Under the pieces are notes generated by a model that was given only the letters and a program-made list of their open reading frames with translations, did no database searches and was not told the origin of the DNA. DNA of 64,000 nucleotides, from positions 3,523 to 67,522 of IMG/VR virus record IMGVR_UViG_3300033481_000147; one strand, 5' to 3'. The position numbers and the translations under genes were made by a program. Positions 1-9,929 of the stretch are shown in pieces. Each line of letters starts with the position of its first letter. Position 1 is the first letter of the stretch. Source of the stretch: a virus. Taxonomy: Duplodnaviria > Caudoviricetes.

Positions 1-49
1 AAGAACGGCAATTTCTTAAAGATGTAAAATGGAAAGATTTTGATTAATG

Positions 50-223
50 TTATTTGCTTGTATTGTATTTTTCTAACATTTTTGCGCAGGTTGTAGCTGA
101 AATTTCTATTATGCCTTTTTTAAATGATTTTAAATTAAATGGTTCATTTCCGTGTGGTGGGAAATTATCCATTTCCTTAGTCATTTCAGAGATTGTATCT
201 TGCGTAAGTTTCTCTAAATCCAT
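50..223 (-). CDS. Small hypothetical protein (57 aa, MDLEKLTQDT...), antisense moron
   Basis: Read manually: ATG at 223, TAA at 52-50, SD AGGAGGTG and sigmaH-like promoter upstream on minus strand. Confidence 0.7.
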   Translation of the reverse strand: MDLEKLTQDTISEMTKEMDNFPPHGNEPFNLKSFKKGIIEISATTCAKMLEKYNTSK

Positions 224-251
224 AAATAACCACCTCCTTCCAAATACATAA

Positions 252-278
252 ATTCGACAGGAGGTAAAAAATTCCTAC
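252..278 (-). promoter_or_regulatory. sigmaH-like promoter
   Basis: Minus strand gtAGGA-N17-GAAT, matching the Firmicute sigmaH consensus. Confidence 0.55.
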
Positions 279-299
279 AAAAGAGAGGAGCTGAAGTAA

Positions 300-611
300 G
301 TGTCCTACGATGAAAAAATACCAATCTGGCGTAAAGCTGTTTTAACAGCACAAGAAGCTGCCACCTATAGTGATTTAAATGTAAGTATTATTCGGGCGCA
401 TGGGGCTTTAGCAGAACTTGGTAAAAGTGATTTTCCGTCATTCTTTGTCGGAACTCATTTGAAAGTTCATCGGGAATTGTTTGATGAATGGCTTGCTGAT
501 AAGGCACGTGGTCATCATAGGTTCGAAATAAAACTTGTAAATCAAATTATTAAAGAAGCTACTAAACCTGTAAAACGTGGAAGGCCAAGGAAGAAACGAC
601 TTGCAATCTAA
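300..611 (+). CDS. Excisionase-like HTH protein (Tn916 Xis-like)
   Basis: IPIWRKAVLTAQEAATY resembles Tn916 Xis N-terminus; early-region position. Confidence 0.7.
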   Translation: MSYDEKIPIWRKAVLTAQEAATYSDLNVSIIRAHGALAELGKSDFPSFFVGTHLKVHRELFDEWLADKARGHHRFEIKLVNQIIKEATKPVKRGRPRKKRLAI

Positions 612-627
612 TGAGAGGAGAAAAGGT

Positions 628-957
628 ATGCTTACGAAACAGCACTTAACAGATAGTCTTAAAAAAATTGTAACCTGCAGCTTATTAGTTGGATCCACAG
701 TAATTTTGACAGGTGGCAATTATCCTGCAAATACCGAAATGGTACATGATGTTTACATCGTAAAGTCCGGTGATACACTACAATCCATTTCTGACGAGTA
801 CATGCAGAAAAACAATTATGGTCCACGTAATAGGGATGAATTCATGTATGGGATTATTCAATTAAATTACAATGATATTTTTAAAAATCGTGATGAAAAT
901 AAAGTTCTTCCAAACGATGAATTAAGAATCAATTATTGGGTTAAGACAAGCGATTAG
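628..957 (+). CDS. LysM-domain protein with N-terminal hydrophobic segment
   Basis: YIVKSGDTLQSIS LysM motif; ATG 628 after GAGAGGAG. Confidence 0.75.
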   Translation: MLTKQHLTDSLKKIVTCSLLVGSTVILTGGNYPANTEMVHDVYIVKSGDTLQSISDEYMQKNNYGPRNRDEFMYGIIQLNYNDIFKNRDENKVLPNDELRINYWVKTSD

Positions 958-966
958 TTTTGGAAG

Positions 967-1230
967 GTGGTGAAAAATATGAATAATTCAAGCTATAAAA
1001 TCTATATTACACGTTCGTCGGAAGCGGCACATTTAATTAGTAGAGGGCTTCGGGAAGCAACACCATGGTCAAAGCAAGGTGGTCAAACTTTAAGTACAAG
1101 CAGTGGGTGTGTGAATCAAGATTGCAGGATACCAAACCTATATCATGGTGCTGATAAATTCTATGCGATGATTGAATATCGTAACGGTGAAGATTTTGAC
1201 CATCCTGAGTATGAAATAATTATTTGTTAG
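967..1230 (+). CDS. Hypothetical phage protein
   Basis: ORF with SD in early operon. Confidence 0.55.
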   Translation: MVKNMNNSSYKIYITRSSEAAHLISRGLREATPWSKQGGQTLSTSSGCVNQDCRIPNLYHGADKFYAMIEYRNGEDFDHPEYEIIIC

Positions 1231-1495
1231 AAAGCGAGGTGAAATCAAATGTACATCTGCAAAATCTTAAAAGCCAAGCACCTTCGAATACTCTGTGAAA
1301 ATCAAAAAATTTCAGCTTGGCTGATACGTAAGGGAGGCATGGAATGCTTAAACGACTCGAAAAGTGTATTGAATCAATAACACCGTTAGTTTTATTCATC
1401 ATATTTATATGGATGGTGCTTATTTTAGGAGGAGGGTTGCTGAAAAATGTACTACAGCGAATGTAGGAATTTTAAAAAGTTGAGGAGGAAACAAC

Positions 1496-1678
1496 TTGGC
1501 AGTGAGTTTAAACAAGGCAAGAACGCCAGCAAATTTTCTGGGTGTATTGGAAAAGTCAGATAGAAATAAGGATCGCTCACAAAGTAATTTAACTATCATC
1601 GTAACGCCTGTCGCTGAAATCGAAAAGTATTTAAAAAATAAATATGGTAGTAAGTTAGTACCGCTTTGTGGTAAATGA
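1496..1678 (+). CDS. Hypothetical phage protein
   Basis: GAGGAGG SD; stop overlaps next start (ATGA). Confidence 0.5.
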   Translation: MAVSLNKARTPANFLGVLEKSDRNKDRSQSNLTIIVTPVAEIEKYLKNKYGSKLVPLCGK

Positions 1679-1836
1679 TTCGCTGCGAAAGATGCGGGAA
1701 AACACCGTACAGGCTTCACTGGGCTGTATTGCCGTACAGTAATGAGTTGATTCCAGTTTGTGCAGACGACCGTGAATGTTACGAAGATTTTAGACAAGCA
1801 GGTAAAAAGCAAAAACGAAGGAGGCGAAAACGTTGA
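1675..1836 (+). CDS. Small Cys-containing protein (53 aa, MIRCERCGK...)
   Basis: Read manually; CxxC plus C-x5-C; coupled to both neighbours. Confidence 0.55.
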   Translation: MIRCERCGKTPYRLHWAVLPYSNELIPVCADDRECYEDFRQAGKKQKRRRRKR

Positions 1837-2096
1837 CAAAGTTCGAATCGGTATTATTAGGTGCCGAAAAAAGCCTGCAAACTGCTAGGCGCTTAGAAGT
1901 TTTACGGAATTTACAGAAAGCTATTAATGCAGTACCTGTGTATGGAGCTGTAAAGCTTGAGCTACATGAATTTCATAATAACAAGCTGGACTACGTGATA
2001 ATTCGATTTGGTGCAGGCAAGGTTCAAAAAGTGTATATCGATGATACAGATAGTGAAATGTCAATTGTGCACGATATCGCGGCATTTATTCCATGA
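1833..2096 (+). CDS. Hypothetical phage protein
   Basis: GGAGG SD, TTG start overlapping previous stop. Confidence 0.55.
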   Translation: MTKFESVLLGAEKSLQTARRLEVLRNLQKAINAVPVYGAVKLELHEFHNNKLDYVIIRFGAGKVQKVYIDDTDSEMSIVHDIAAFIP

Positions 2097-2221
2097 AAGG
2101 AGGGTAGCAGCTTGGTAATTCAAACGGAAGTGAGAAATTATTACGCTTTGTGTCTTACGATAATCAATGATAAGTATTCGATTGATAATGCATTGTCATA
2201 TCTAGGCATAAAAGCAAAAAC

Positions 2222-2255
2222 AAAAAGACCCCGTCAGCGCCAACTGAACGAGGCC
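2222..2255 (-). terminator. Minus-strand intrinsic terminator-like hairpin, loop CGCCAA on +
   Basis: Two + strand C/A mismatches become G-U pairs on minus; the A-run becomes a U-tail. Confidence 0.55.
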
Positions 2256-2324
2256 AAGGTAAATTAAAATCAAATTTAGTGTAACACAAATTTAATAAAA
2301 ATCAAATAGAGGAGTGTTTTATAA

Positions 2325-2666
2325 ATGGAAAAATACGATGGCTTAAATTATGGACTTGGTACTCACACAATAAAAGTTTCATTGCAAGATGGAATTTATA
2401 AAGGTGCTTTCACTTATGAAATGGGTGGTAATTGTAAAGGCTTTGGGGTTTTAGATTTTGATATCACTGAGCATGGTAGAAAGGAAGTAAGTAGTTTTCA
2501 GATGATTGATTGCAAGATCAAACGCGACAACGATGACGAAGATTATTTACTTGTCACACTTACAAATAGTGCTGGCGACACTTGCGACTATGAATTAGAG
2601 GATGACGAATTTAATAGCATGATCATTGGCATTGAAATCATTGATTTTAAAGTTGATAAAAAATAA
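2325..2666 (+). CDS. Hypothetical acidic protein
   Basis: GAGGAG SD, 113 aa. Confidence 0.7.
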   Translation: MEKYDGLNYGLGTHTIKVSLQDGIYKGAFTYEMGGNCKGFGVLDFDITEHGRKEVSSFQMIDCKIKRDNDDEDYLLVTLTNSAGDTCDYELEDDEFNSMIIGIEIIDFKVDKK

Positions 2667-2676
2667 AAATTAGGGG

Positions 2677-3624
2677 TTGAGAAATTTGGAATTACAAGTA
2701 ATTAGTAATGTTCAAGAGTTTAAGTGGAATTTTGAAGATATAAAGAAAAGCTTGCAGGAAAGTGTTCAAAAATATACTGGATTAGTGGTTAATGAAGATA
2801 ATCTAAAGGATATGGAAAAAACGCAAAAGGAAATTGCGTCAATTCGTACTCAAATTAATGCATTTCAGAAAAAAGTTAAAAAGGATCTTGAATTACCATA
2901 TAAGCAATTTGAAAAAGAGATTAAAGAATTGCAATCATTAGTCGCTGAAGCGGAAAATCCTATCAAAGATCAAATTCTAAAATACGAAAATGTGCGAATT
3001 GAAAACTGCGAAAAAGAATTAAAAAATTTTGCAAAGAACACAGCGGAGAGTTTAGGGCTTAGAAGTGAGAACTTTAATTTAGTAATTGATTCAAAATGGA
3101 CAAACCGTACTGCTAAAAAAGCCTCAGTTCGTAAGGAAATTGTTGCCGAAATCGAAAATCAATTAAAACAACAACAAATGAATGATGAAGCTGCTGAATT
3201 ACTTAAACAAAAAAACGATTTAATTAAAAGTTTATGTAAAAGCGGTTCAGCAATGTTCAATCTTGCAACGCCTATTACATCAAAAGATGTTAAACATTTA
3301 ACCATCAATGCTGGCTTAGCAGAAATACCAGAGATTATTAGTCAAGAATGCAAAAAACGCTCTGATATGGAGAGAAAGGCAGCGGAGGAAATTATACAAC
3401 CCGCAACTCAGCCAATGCCGCCGGTAGCGCCAGCTGTTTCAGAATGTCCGCAATCTAGTATCCCAACGATTGCAATTCCACCAATAAATGCACCTGTGGA
3501 GTTTTATAAAGTTATTCTTGAATTACCATCAATATCTTATCAAGATTCAATCAACTTACAACAGTTTATGGCAAATAGCAATATCCAATATAGAGTTGTG
3601 AGCCAAGAAAAGAAGGTTGATTAA
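2677..3624 (+). CDS. DUF1351-family protein
   Basis: WNFEDIKK...KYTGLVV...PYKQFEKEIKEL coiled-coil pattern; recombination-module position. Confidence 0.75.
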   Translation: MRNLELQVISNVQEFKWNFEDIKKSLQESVQKYTGLVVNEDNLKDMEKTQKEIASIRTQINAFQKKVKKDLELPYKQFEKEIKELQSLVAEAENPIKDQILKYENVRIENCEKELKNFAKNTAESLGLRSENFNLVIDSKWTNRTAKKASVRKEIVAEIENQLKQQQMNDEAAELLKQKNDLIKSLCKSGSAMFNLATPITSKDVKHLTINAGLAEIPEIISQECKKRSDMERKAAEEIIQPATQPMPPVAPAVSECPQSSIPTIAIPPINAPVEFYKVILELPSISYQDSINLQQFMANSNIQYRVVSQEKKVD

Positions 3625-4192
3625 AGTGGAAAACCTTGAAAATAACTTAGATGATTTTATCGATGGCGAAATTACACCAAATGAACCAAAAGAGTTTGTT
3701 ATTGATGATGATAATAAAGCAGATTGGGCGGTAAGAAAAATACTTGAACGACAAAAGGCCATTAATAATGCAGAGCAGCTTGCAAAAGAACGTATTGAAA
3801 AAATCAACGCTTGGTTAAATACAATCAAAAAAGATTATGAGCCTGGCATTGAATTTTTATCTGAAAAACTTCGTAATTATGCACAATTAAAGATTGTAGG
3901 CAAAAGTAAAACAGTTAAAATGCCAAGTGGTAATATTAGTTTTCGCAACAAAACACCTGAGTATTTTATCAATGGTGAAAAAATTGATGGTAAAAATAAA
4001 ACACTTATTGATTACGTTAGGAATAATTGTACTGAACTATTGATTGTCGAAGAATCTGCTGATTGGACTGAACTTAAAAAACAATTAGTAGTTTTAAAAG
4101 ATGGACGAGTATTAAGTCCAGAAGGTGAAATTTTTAGTTTTATGTCAGCCGTTGAATATCAAGACTCAATCGATATTAAAGAGCGTAAGTAA
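3617..4192 (+). CDS. Mu Gam-like host-nuclease inhibitor
   Basis: FVIDDDNKADWAVRKI and KTVKMPSGNISFR motifs. Confidence 0.8.
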   Translation: MIKVENLENNLDDFIDGEITPNEPKEFVIDDDNKADWAVRKILERQKAINNAEQLAKERIEKINAWLNTIKKDYEPGIEFLSEKLRNYAQLKIVGKSKTVKMPSGNISFRNKTPEYFINGEKIDGKNKTLIDYVRNNCTELLIVEESADWTELKKQLVVLKDGRVLSPEGEIFSFMSAVEYQDSIDIKERK

Positions 4193-4203
4193 GGTGTGAT
4201 TAA

Positions 4204-4908
4204 ATGCAAAAAGTAGCAACAAAATTAGTCGCTGTTATGGAGAAATGTGGATATGTTCAAAAAGATGGCGATAACAAAAAACAAAATTACAAGTACGTTT
4301 CAGAAGCTGCAGTTCTTGGGAAAATTCAGCCGTTATTGGTTGATCAAAAGCTTATCGCTATACCAAAATTCACAATTATTTCTGAACGCGAAAAGCCAAC
4401 GGCAAACGGTGCGCTTTGGCAATTGACTACAGTTCAATGTGAAATGACTATTATTGATAGTGAATCTGGTGAAACATTAACAATTATTGCACTTGGTACT
4501 GGCGTGGATCCAAACGACAAAGGAATTGCTAAAGCTCAAACAATGGCGCAAAAATATGCATGGCTTAAAGCTTTACATATCGAAACTGGCGACGATCCGG
4601 AAGCCGATGAAAAAACGGATGCTCAAACGTTTGTTAATGGTGCAAACGGCAATACAAGTTGGAAGGGTACTCAAAATCTAGGTATACATGCTGTCGATAC
4701 AACAAATGATCCGTTTTTTGAGTTATCAAGGCTTTGGCAGTTTGCAGGCTGGAATGTAAATGAACTGCCAGATTATATTGGTAAACGATTCGGTAAACCA
4801 AAAGAGCAGGTAAACAATACTGAATATACTGCTTTACTTAAAGAACAAATTAGTTACTTACAGCAACAAGGTAAAAATATTGAAAATATACCATTTAAAA
4901 TTAATTAG
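4204..4908 (+). CDS. erf: ERF-family ssDNA annealing protein
   Basis: QNYKYVSEA, DKGIAKAQTMAQKY and ETGDDPEAD motifs. Confidence 0.85.
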   Translation: MQKVATKLVAVMEKCGYVQKDGDNKKQNYKYVSEAAVLGKIQPLLVDQKLIAIPKFTIISEREKPTANGALWQLTTVQCEMTIIDSESGETLTIIALGTGVDPNDKGIAKAQTMAQKYAWLKALHIETGDDPEADEKTDAQTFVNGANGNTSWKGTQNLGIHAVDTTNDPFFELSRLWQFAGWNVNELPDYIGKRFGKPKEQVNNTEYTALLKEQISYLQQQGKNIENIPFKIN

Positions 4909-4920
4909 GAGAGTGTAAAT

Positions 4921-5499
4921 ATGATAAATGCAAGTATTTTTGGTAGATTAACAAAAGATGTAGAACTTAAACAAGGTCAAACCGCACAGTTTTATGTTTT
5001 CACATTAGCGGTGAATCATGGTAAAAATGCGGATAATAGCGATAGAACAACGTTTGTGGATTGCACAGCGTTCGGTAAAACAGGCGAACTTATAGCGGGA
5101 TCATGTAAGAAAGGTAATCGTTTATTGGTAGCAGGTTCCTTAGAGGAAAAAGCATGGAGCAATCAAACACAGGGGACAAGTGGTAAAAATTTAACTTGCT
5201 CTGTAAGAGACTTTAATTTTGTTGAATATGCTGATCAAAATGGACAACAACAACCGCCACAACAACCTCAGCAGTATAATCAACCTCCACAACCAAATTA
5301 CGGACAGCAACCACCACAATATGGACAACCAGTACAATACGGACAATCACCACAACAACCTCAATATGGACAGCAACAACAATATAATCAAGCACCACCA
5401 CCAATGGCAGGTGGACAACCACCAGTACAACAACAAAATAATCAGGGACAACCTCCAATGCAACAACAGCAGCAATACAGCAATACACCTTGGGGTTAA
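4921..5499 (+). CDS. ssb: Single-stranded DNA-binding protein with Q/P/Y-rich tail
   Basis: GRLTKDVELK...FTLAVN...FVDCTAFGKTGE OB-fold motifs. Confidence 0.95.
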   Translation: MINASIFGRLTKDVELKQGQTAQFYVFTLAVNHGKNADNSDRTTFVDCTAFGKTGELIAGSCKKGNRLLVAGSLEEKAWSNQTQGTSGKNLTCSVRDFNFVEYADQNGQQQPPQQPQQYNQPPQPNYGQQPPQYGQPVQYGQSPQQPQYGQQQQYNQAPPPMAGGQPPVQQQNNQGQPPMQQQQQYSNTPWG

Positions 5500-5505
5500 T
5501 AAATC

Positions 5506-5528
5506 GGGAGAGGTAAAACTCTCCCTTT
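5506..5528 (+). terminator. Hairpin after ssb
   Basis: GGGAGAG-gtaaaa-CTCTCCC-TTT. Confidence 0.55.
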
Positions 5529-5544
5529 AATTTACGGTGATGAA

Positions 5545-6918
5545 ATGGAAATGATAACACTTCGAAAATACCAAGAACAAATGATTGATGATATAGCCTA
5601 TGAATTTCAAACAAAAAACAAAGTATGTGCAGTTGCACCGTGCGGTGCAGGCAAAACAATTATGGTTGGATGGATGGCTGGCGCTACAGCTCTTAAGAAT
5701 AGAAGAACCTTATTCCTGGTACATCGACAAGAACTGATTAAACAATCATCAGATACCTTTACTGATATGAATATTCTTCATGGAGTTTCTGCGACTAAGT
5801 ATCCAAAAGACTATAACCAATTAGTCCAGATTGGCAGTGTTCAAACAGTAGCGAGACGGTTAGCTGAAATCCCTGCACCAGATCTTATTATTCCTGATGA
5901 ATGCCACCACGCAACAGCAAGCACTTGGAAAAAAATTATAGAGTATTATCCAAACGCTAAAGTATTAGGGGTTACAGCAACACCAGAGCGATTGGGCGGT
6001 CATGGGCTAGGGGATGTATTTGAATCGCTTGTTATCGGTCCTACAGTTAAAGAATTGATCTCTTGGGGCAATCTATCAAGTTATCAATATTATGCGCCAC
6101 CTGCTAAGTTTGACGCATCAGAGATTAGAGTTAAGTTTGGTGATTACGTTCGGTCAGATCTAGAGGTGCAAATGGACCAGGGTGCTGTTATTGGCGATAT
6201 CATCGACAATTATCAAAAGTTGGCCAATGGTATGAGGGCGGTTTGTTATTGCGTTAGTATTGCACATAGCGAACATGTTGCAGCAAGTTTCTGCAAAGCT
6301 GGTATAAACGCAATGCATATCGATGGTGAAACCGCTAGCAATATTCGTGAGCAAGCAATCCAAGATTTTAGAGACAATAAAATTAAAATTTTGTGCAATG
6401 TGGACCTAATTAGTGAGGGCTTTGACGTTCCGGCCATGGAAGCGGTAATTTTGGCCAGACCGACACAAAGTCTGACATTGCATATACAACAAGCAATGAG
6501 AGCAATGCGACCAGATAAAAATAACCCTAATAAAATAGCGATTATTATTGATCATGTAGGCAATGTGTTTAAACATGGGTTACCTGATGAAGATCGAGAC
6601 TGGTCATTGGCAACTAAAAAGAAAAAACGATCTGGAGAACGCACCATCATATTAAAGCAATGCCCTAAATGTTTTTCGGCACATTATCCATCTAGTAGCT
6701 GTCCGTATTGCGGTCATGTATATGCAGTAGCCGCAAGGGACGAAATGCCAAAAGAACAGAAGGGCGTATTATTAAAAATCGAAGAAATCGAGCGTAAACA
6801 AAAACGCCAAGAGATCGGGCGGGCAAAAACGATAGAAGAACTTGAAATGATAGCGATTAAGCGCGGTTACAGTATGCGCTGGGTATCTCATGTAGCGGAA
6901 GCAAAGGGTATTAAGTAA
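5545..6918 (+). CDS. SF2 DEAD/DEAH-like helicase with Zn ribbon
   Basis: APCGAGKT, DECHH, TATPER, QQAMRAMR; CPKC...CPYC. Confidence 0.92.
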   Translation: MEMITLRKYQEQMIDDIAYEFQTKNKVCAVAPCGAGKTIMVGWMAGATALKNRRTLFLVHRQELIKQSSDTFTDMNILHGVSATKYPKDYNQLVQIGSVQTVARRLAEIPAPDLIIPDECHHATASTWKKIIEYYPNAKVLGVTATPERLGGHGLGDVFESLVIGPTVKELISWGNLSSYQYYAPPAKFDASEIRVKFGDYVRSDLEVQMDQGAVIGDIIDNYQKLANGMRAVCYCVSIAHSEHVAASFCKAGINAMHIDGETASNIREQAIQDFRDNKIKILCNVDLISEGFDVPAMEAVILARPTQSLTLHIQQAMRAMRPDKNNPNKIAIIIDHVGNVFKHGLPDEDRDWSLATKKKKRSGERTIILKQCPKCFSAHYPSSSCPYCGHVYAVAARDEMPKEQKGVLLKIEEIERKQKRQEIGRAKTIEELEMIAIKRGYSMRWVSHVAEAKGIK

Positions 6919-6949
6919 GATAGTAGATTATTCGAAAGGAATGTGAATT

Positions 6950-8284
6950 ATGATTCAAAACATAGATATTTCAAAAATAGATCCCCACTATGACAATCCT
7001 CGCAAAGACCTTGGAGACCTCACCGAACTTGCAGAGAGTATTAAAAATAATGGGATTCTTCAAAATCTCACAGTTGTACCTTGGTTTTCAAAAATCACTG
7101 GTGTTGGTGCTGATGATCCTAATCAACAAAAAGAAATGGGTTATATTGTTGTCATTGGCCACCGTCGTCTTGCGGCAGCGAAACTTGCTGGATTAACGGA
7201 AGTTCCTTGCGCTATATCAGACATGAGCTATAGCAAACAGATTTCTACCATGCTGCTTGAAAACATGCAACGAAGTGACTTAACCATATATGAGCAAGCA
7301 CAAGGTTTCCAAATGATGCTGGATCTCGGCGAATCAATCAATGACATATCTCAAAATACTGGTTTTTCGGAGTCTACCGTCCGTCGCAGAGTAAAGCTCC
7401 TGGAGTTTGACAAAGAAAAATTCAAGGAATCGGTTGAGCGTGGCGGCACACTGATGGACTATGCAGAGCTGGATAAGATTCAAGACATCAAAACCCGTAA
7501 TAAAGTTCTTGAAAAAATCGGAACAGAAAATTTTAAGTGGGCATTGCAGAGTGCTCTTGATAAGGAAAAGAGCGATAAAAACAAAGCTTTGATAATTGCA
7601 GAATTAGAGAAGTTTGCAACACAAATTGAAAGTTCTACCGGAATGAAGTATGTAGAATCTTATTATCCATCACAAAAAACTGAAGTCATTGCACCAGATG
7701 ATGCTGATACTGTAGAGTATTTTTTTCTGACATCAAACTACATAACCTTATATAAAAAATACGATAATGAAAATTTAGTTGCTAATAATCAATCGGTATA
7801 TGATGAAAAACAAAAAGAGCAAAGAGAAAAGCGTGCCGCTTTAGATGCAATATCAAAACAGGCATATAAACTCAGAGGCGATTTTGTTAAAACGATATCG
7901 AACACAAATGCAAAAAAGAACATGAATGTCATAATTGAGTATTTTATGCGAGCAATGTTGAACGATGATTTTTATTATCCTGAAGTTGAAGAATTCGCCA
8001 ACTTTTTAAACATTGAAATTGACGAAGAAGACGACGAATGGAACTTTGATAATATTAAGAATCTTGTTACCGCTCAGCCTGAACGTCACCTTCTGAGTGC
8101 AGTCTATTTAACGCTTGATTCACAACGAGAAAATTATTATAACTGGCATAATTATCAGTACAATGACAATGAAACACTCAATACAGTATACGATTTCCTT
8201 GAAAAGCTTGGATATGAAATATCTGAAGAAGAAAATTCACTGCGTAACGGCACACATAAATTATTCTCGAGTGAAAATGAATAA
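6950..8284 (+). CDS. ParB/Spo0J-like N-terminal domain protein
   Basis: NPRKDLGDLTELAESIK, IGHRRLAA, ENMQRSDL. Confidence 0.88.
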   Translation: MIQNIDISKIDPHYDNPRKDLGDLTELAESIKNNGILQNLTVVPWFSKITGVGADDPNQQKEMGYIVVIGHRRLAAAKLAGLTEVPCAISDMSYSKQISTMLLENMQRSDLTIYEQAQGFQMMLDLGESINDISQNTGFSESTVRRRVKLLEFDKEKFKESVERGGTLMDYAELDKIQDIKTRNKVLEKIGTENFKWALQSALDKEKSDKNKALIIAELEKFATQIESSTGMKYVESYYPSQKTEVIAPDDADTVEYFFLTSNYITLYKKYDNENLVANNQSVYDEKQKEQREKRAALDAISKQAYKLRGDFVKTISNTNAKKNMNVIIEYFMRAMLNDDFYYPEVEEFANFLNIEIDEEDDEWNFDNIKNLVTAQPERHLLSAVYLTLDSQRENYYNWHNYQYNDNETLNTVYDFLEKLGYEISEEENSLRNGTHKLFSSENE

Positions 8285-8308
8285 ACGGAAAACGAAAGCG
8301 GTGATAAA

Positions 8309-8695
8309 ATGCTAGAACATGATATACAAAATTCAATCCGTTTAGCAATATCAGAAAATAAACTAGGCGTTTCTTTTCGTACCAATGTTGGACAAGGTTG
8401 GACAGGGGAAAAAATCATAAAAAATCCAAATGGATCAATTACCATATTCAAGCCAAGACCATTTGATACGGGATTACCGACTGGATTTAGTGATTTATTA
8501 GTCATTAATCCTACAATCATTTCCCCCAAAATGGTTGGAAAGCAGATTGCAATTGCTGGCTTTATTGAAGTAAAAAACCTTAGAGGCAAGCCAACAACGG
8601 ATCAGGAAAATTTTATTGAACGAATGCAAGAACTTGGAGCCAAAGCAGGTATAGCAAGAAGTCCAGACGATGCACTTAAAATATTACGGAGTTGA
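8309..8695 (+). CDS. VRR-NUC domain nuclease
   Basis: EHDIQNSI, GFSDL, FIEVK, DQENF motifs. Confidence 0.85.
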   Translation: MLEHDIQNSIRLAISENKLGVSFRTNVGQGWTGEKIIKNPNGSITIFKPRPFDTGLPTGFSDLLVINPTIISPKMVGKQIAIAGFIEVKNLRGKPTTDQENFIERMQELGAKAGIARSPDDALKILRS

Positions 8696-8699
8696 TAGC

Positions 8700-9902
8700 A
8701 TGCTAAACAGAATGCAACAGCAAGGGTTTGAACTTGCAAAAACATGGTGGTCAAAATCTAATGAACAGATTTTTAAACTTGTAGGCTATGCCGGTACCGG
8801 AAAAACCTATTTATCTAGTGTAATCGCCCAAGAACTTGCCGGAGAAAATATCGCGTTTTGCGCTTTCACTGGTAAGGCAGCCCTTGTAATGAGACAGCGC
8901 GGAATGCCTGCAACTACGATTCACCAACTTATCTACAATAACGAGATGCAGATTATGCCAGTTAAAAATGATAATGGCAAAATCACTTTTAAAAGAAAAA
9001 TGGTTTCGATATTGAAAGAACGTTTAGATCCAAAACCATCTCTGATTATTATCGATGAGTCAAGCATGGTAAGTGAAAAAATACTGGATGACTTGTTATC
9101 TTTCAATATACCAATTATTGCGGTTGGTGATCCATTTCAGTTACCGCCAGTAGGGAGTAAAGATTCGGATTTGCTTATTAATCCAAATGTTACTTTAGAC
9201 GAAATCATGCGACAAGATGAAGGAAGCGGAATCGTTTATCTTGCTGAAAAAATTCGTAAGGGAATCCCATTGAAAGATGATGAAAGTGCAGACGGCTGCA
9301 TATGGCAAATGTCAAAAAATGCAGTAGATAGTGATACGGAAAATATTTTTAAATGGGCGGATCAGATCATAGCCGGCCGAAATGCAAATGTTTTCAAAAT
9401 AAATAAAATGGCGCGGGAATATATGGGTTTTACTGATACATTACCGATGGTTGGCGATAAAATTATTTGCAAGCGTAATGACTGGGGGAGGATTTTACTA
9501 GACGGTGCATTGCCAACAGCGCTCGTAAACGGGTTAATTGGTTATTGTACAGCAGTGAGCCAAATCGAAAAATCAGAAAAAGTTCCTTGGCGAAACGAAC
9601 CAATTAAAACTACTGAACATGTTCTGAGTTTAAGACCAACTTTTGAAGAAAAAGCAGAGTTTCAAGAGATTATTTATAATCCTGATTCATTTTATGAAAA
9701 CCAAGAAACACGTAAGTACATGAAAAAAATGATATTTCAGTTCGGATATTGCATAACATGTCACGCAGCACAAGGCAGTGAATGGGATAATATCGTTTTG
9801 TATGATGATAGTTGGCATGACAACAACGATCTATTATTTCAAGCACGTTGGCGTTATACAGGTATAACAAGAGCTGCTAAAAAATTAGTATGGTTAAGAT
9901 AA
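8700..9902 (+). CDS. RecD/Dda-like SF1 helicase
   Basis: GYAGTGKT, IDESSMV, GDPFQLPPV, TCHAAQGSEW, YTGITRA. Confidence 0.9.
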   Translation: MLNRMQQQGFELAKTWWSKSNEQIFKLVGYAGTGKTYLSSVIAQELAGENIAFCAFTGKAALVMRQRGMPATTIHQLIYNNEMQIMPVKNDNGKITFKRKMVSILKERLDPKPSLIIIDESSMVSEKILDDLLSFNIPIIAVGDPFQLPPVGSKDSDLLINPNVTLDEIMRQDEGSGIVYLAEKIRKGIPLKDDESADGCIWQMSKNAVDSDTENIFKWADQIIAGRNANVFKINKMAREYMGFTDTLPMVGDKIICKRNDWGRILLDGALPTALVNGLIGYCTAVSQIEKSEKVPWRNEPIKTTEHVLSLRPTFEEKAEFQEIIYNPDSFYENQETRKYMKKMIFQFGYCITCHAAQGSEWDNIVLYDDSWHDNNDLLFQARWRYTGITRAAKKLVWLR

Positions 9903-9929
9903 TTGATGTATTAGAGAGGAGGGAGTAGG

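Noticed and set aside
54-251. + strand 65-aa ORF from the track
   Set aside because: Shadow of a minus-strand ORF that has a strong SD and promoter
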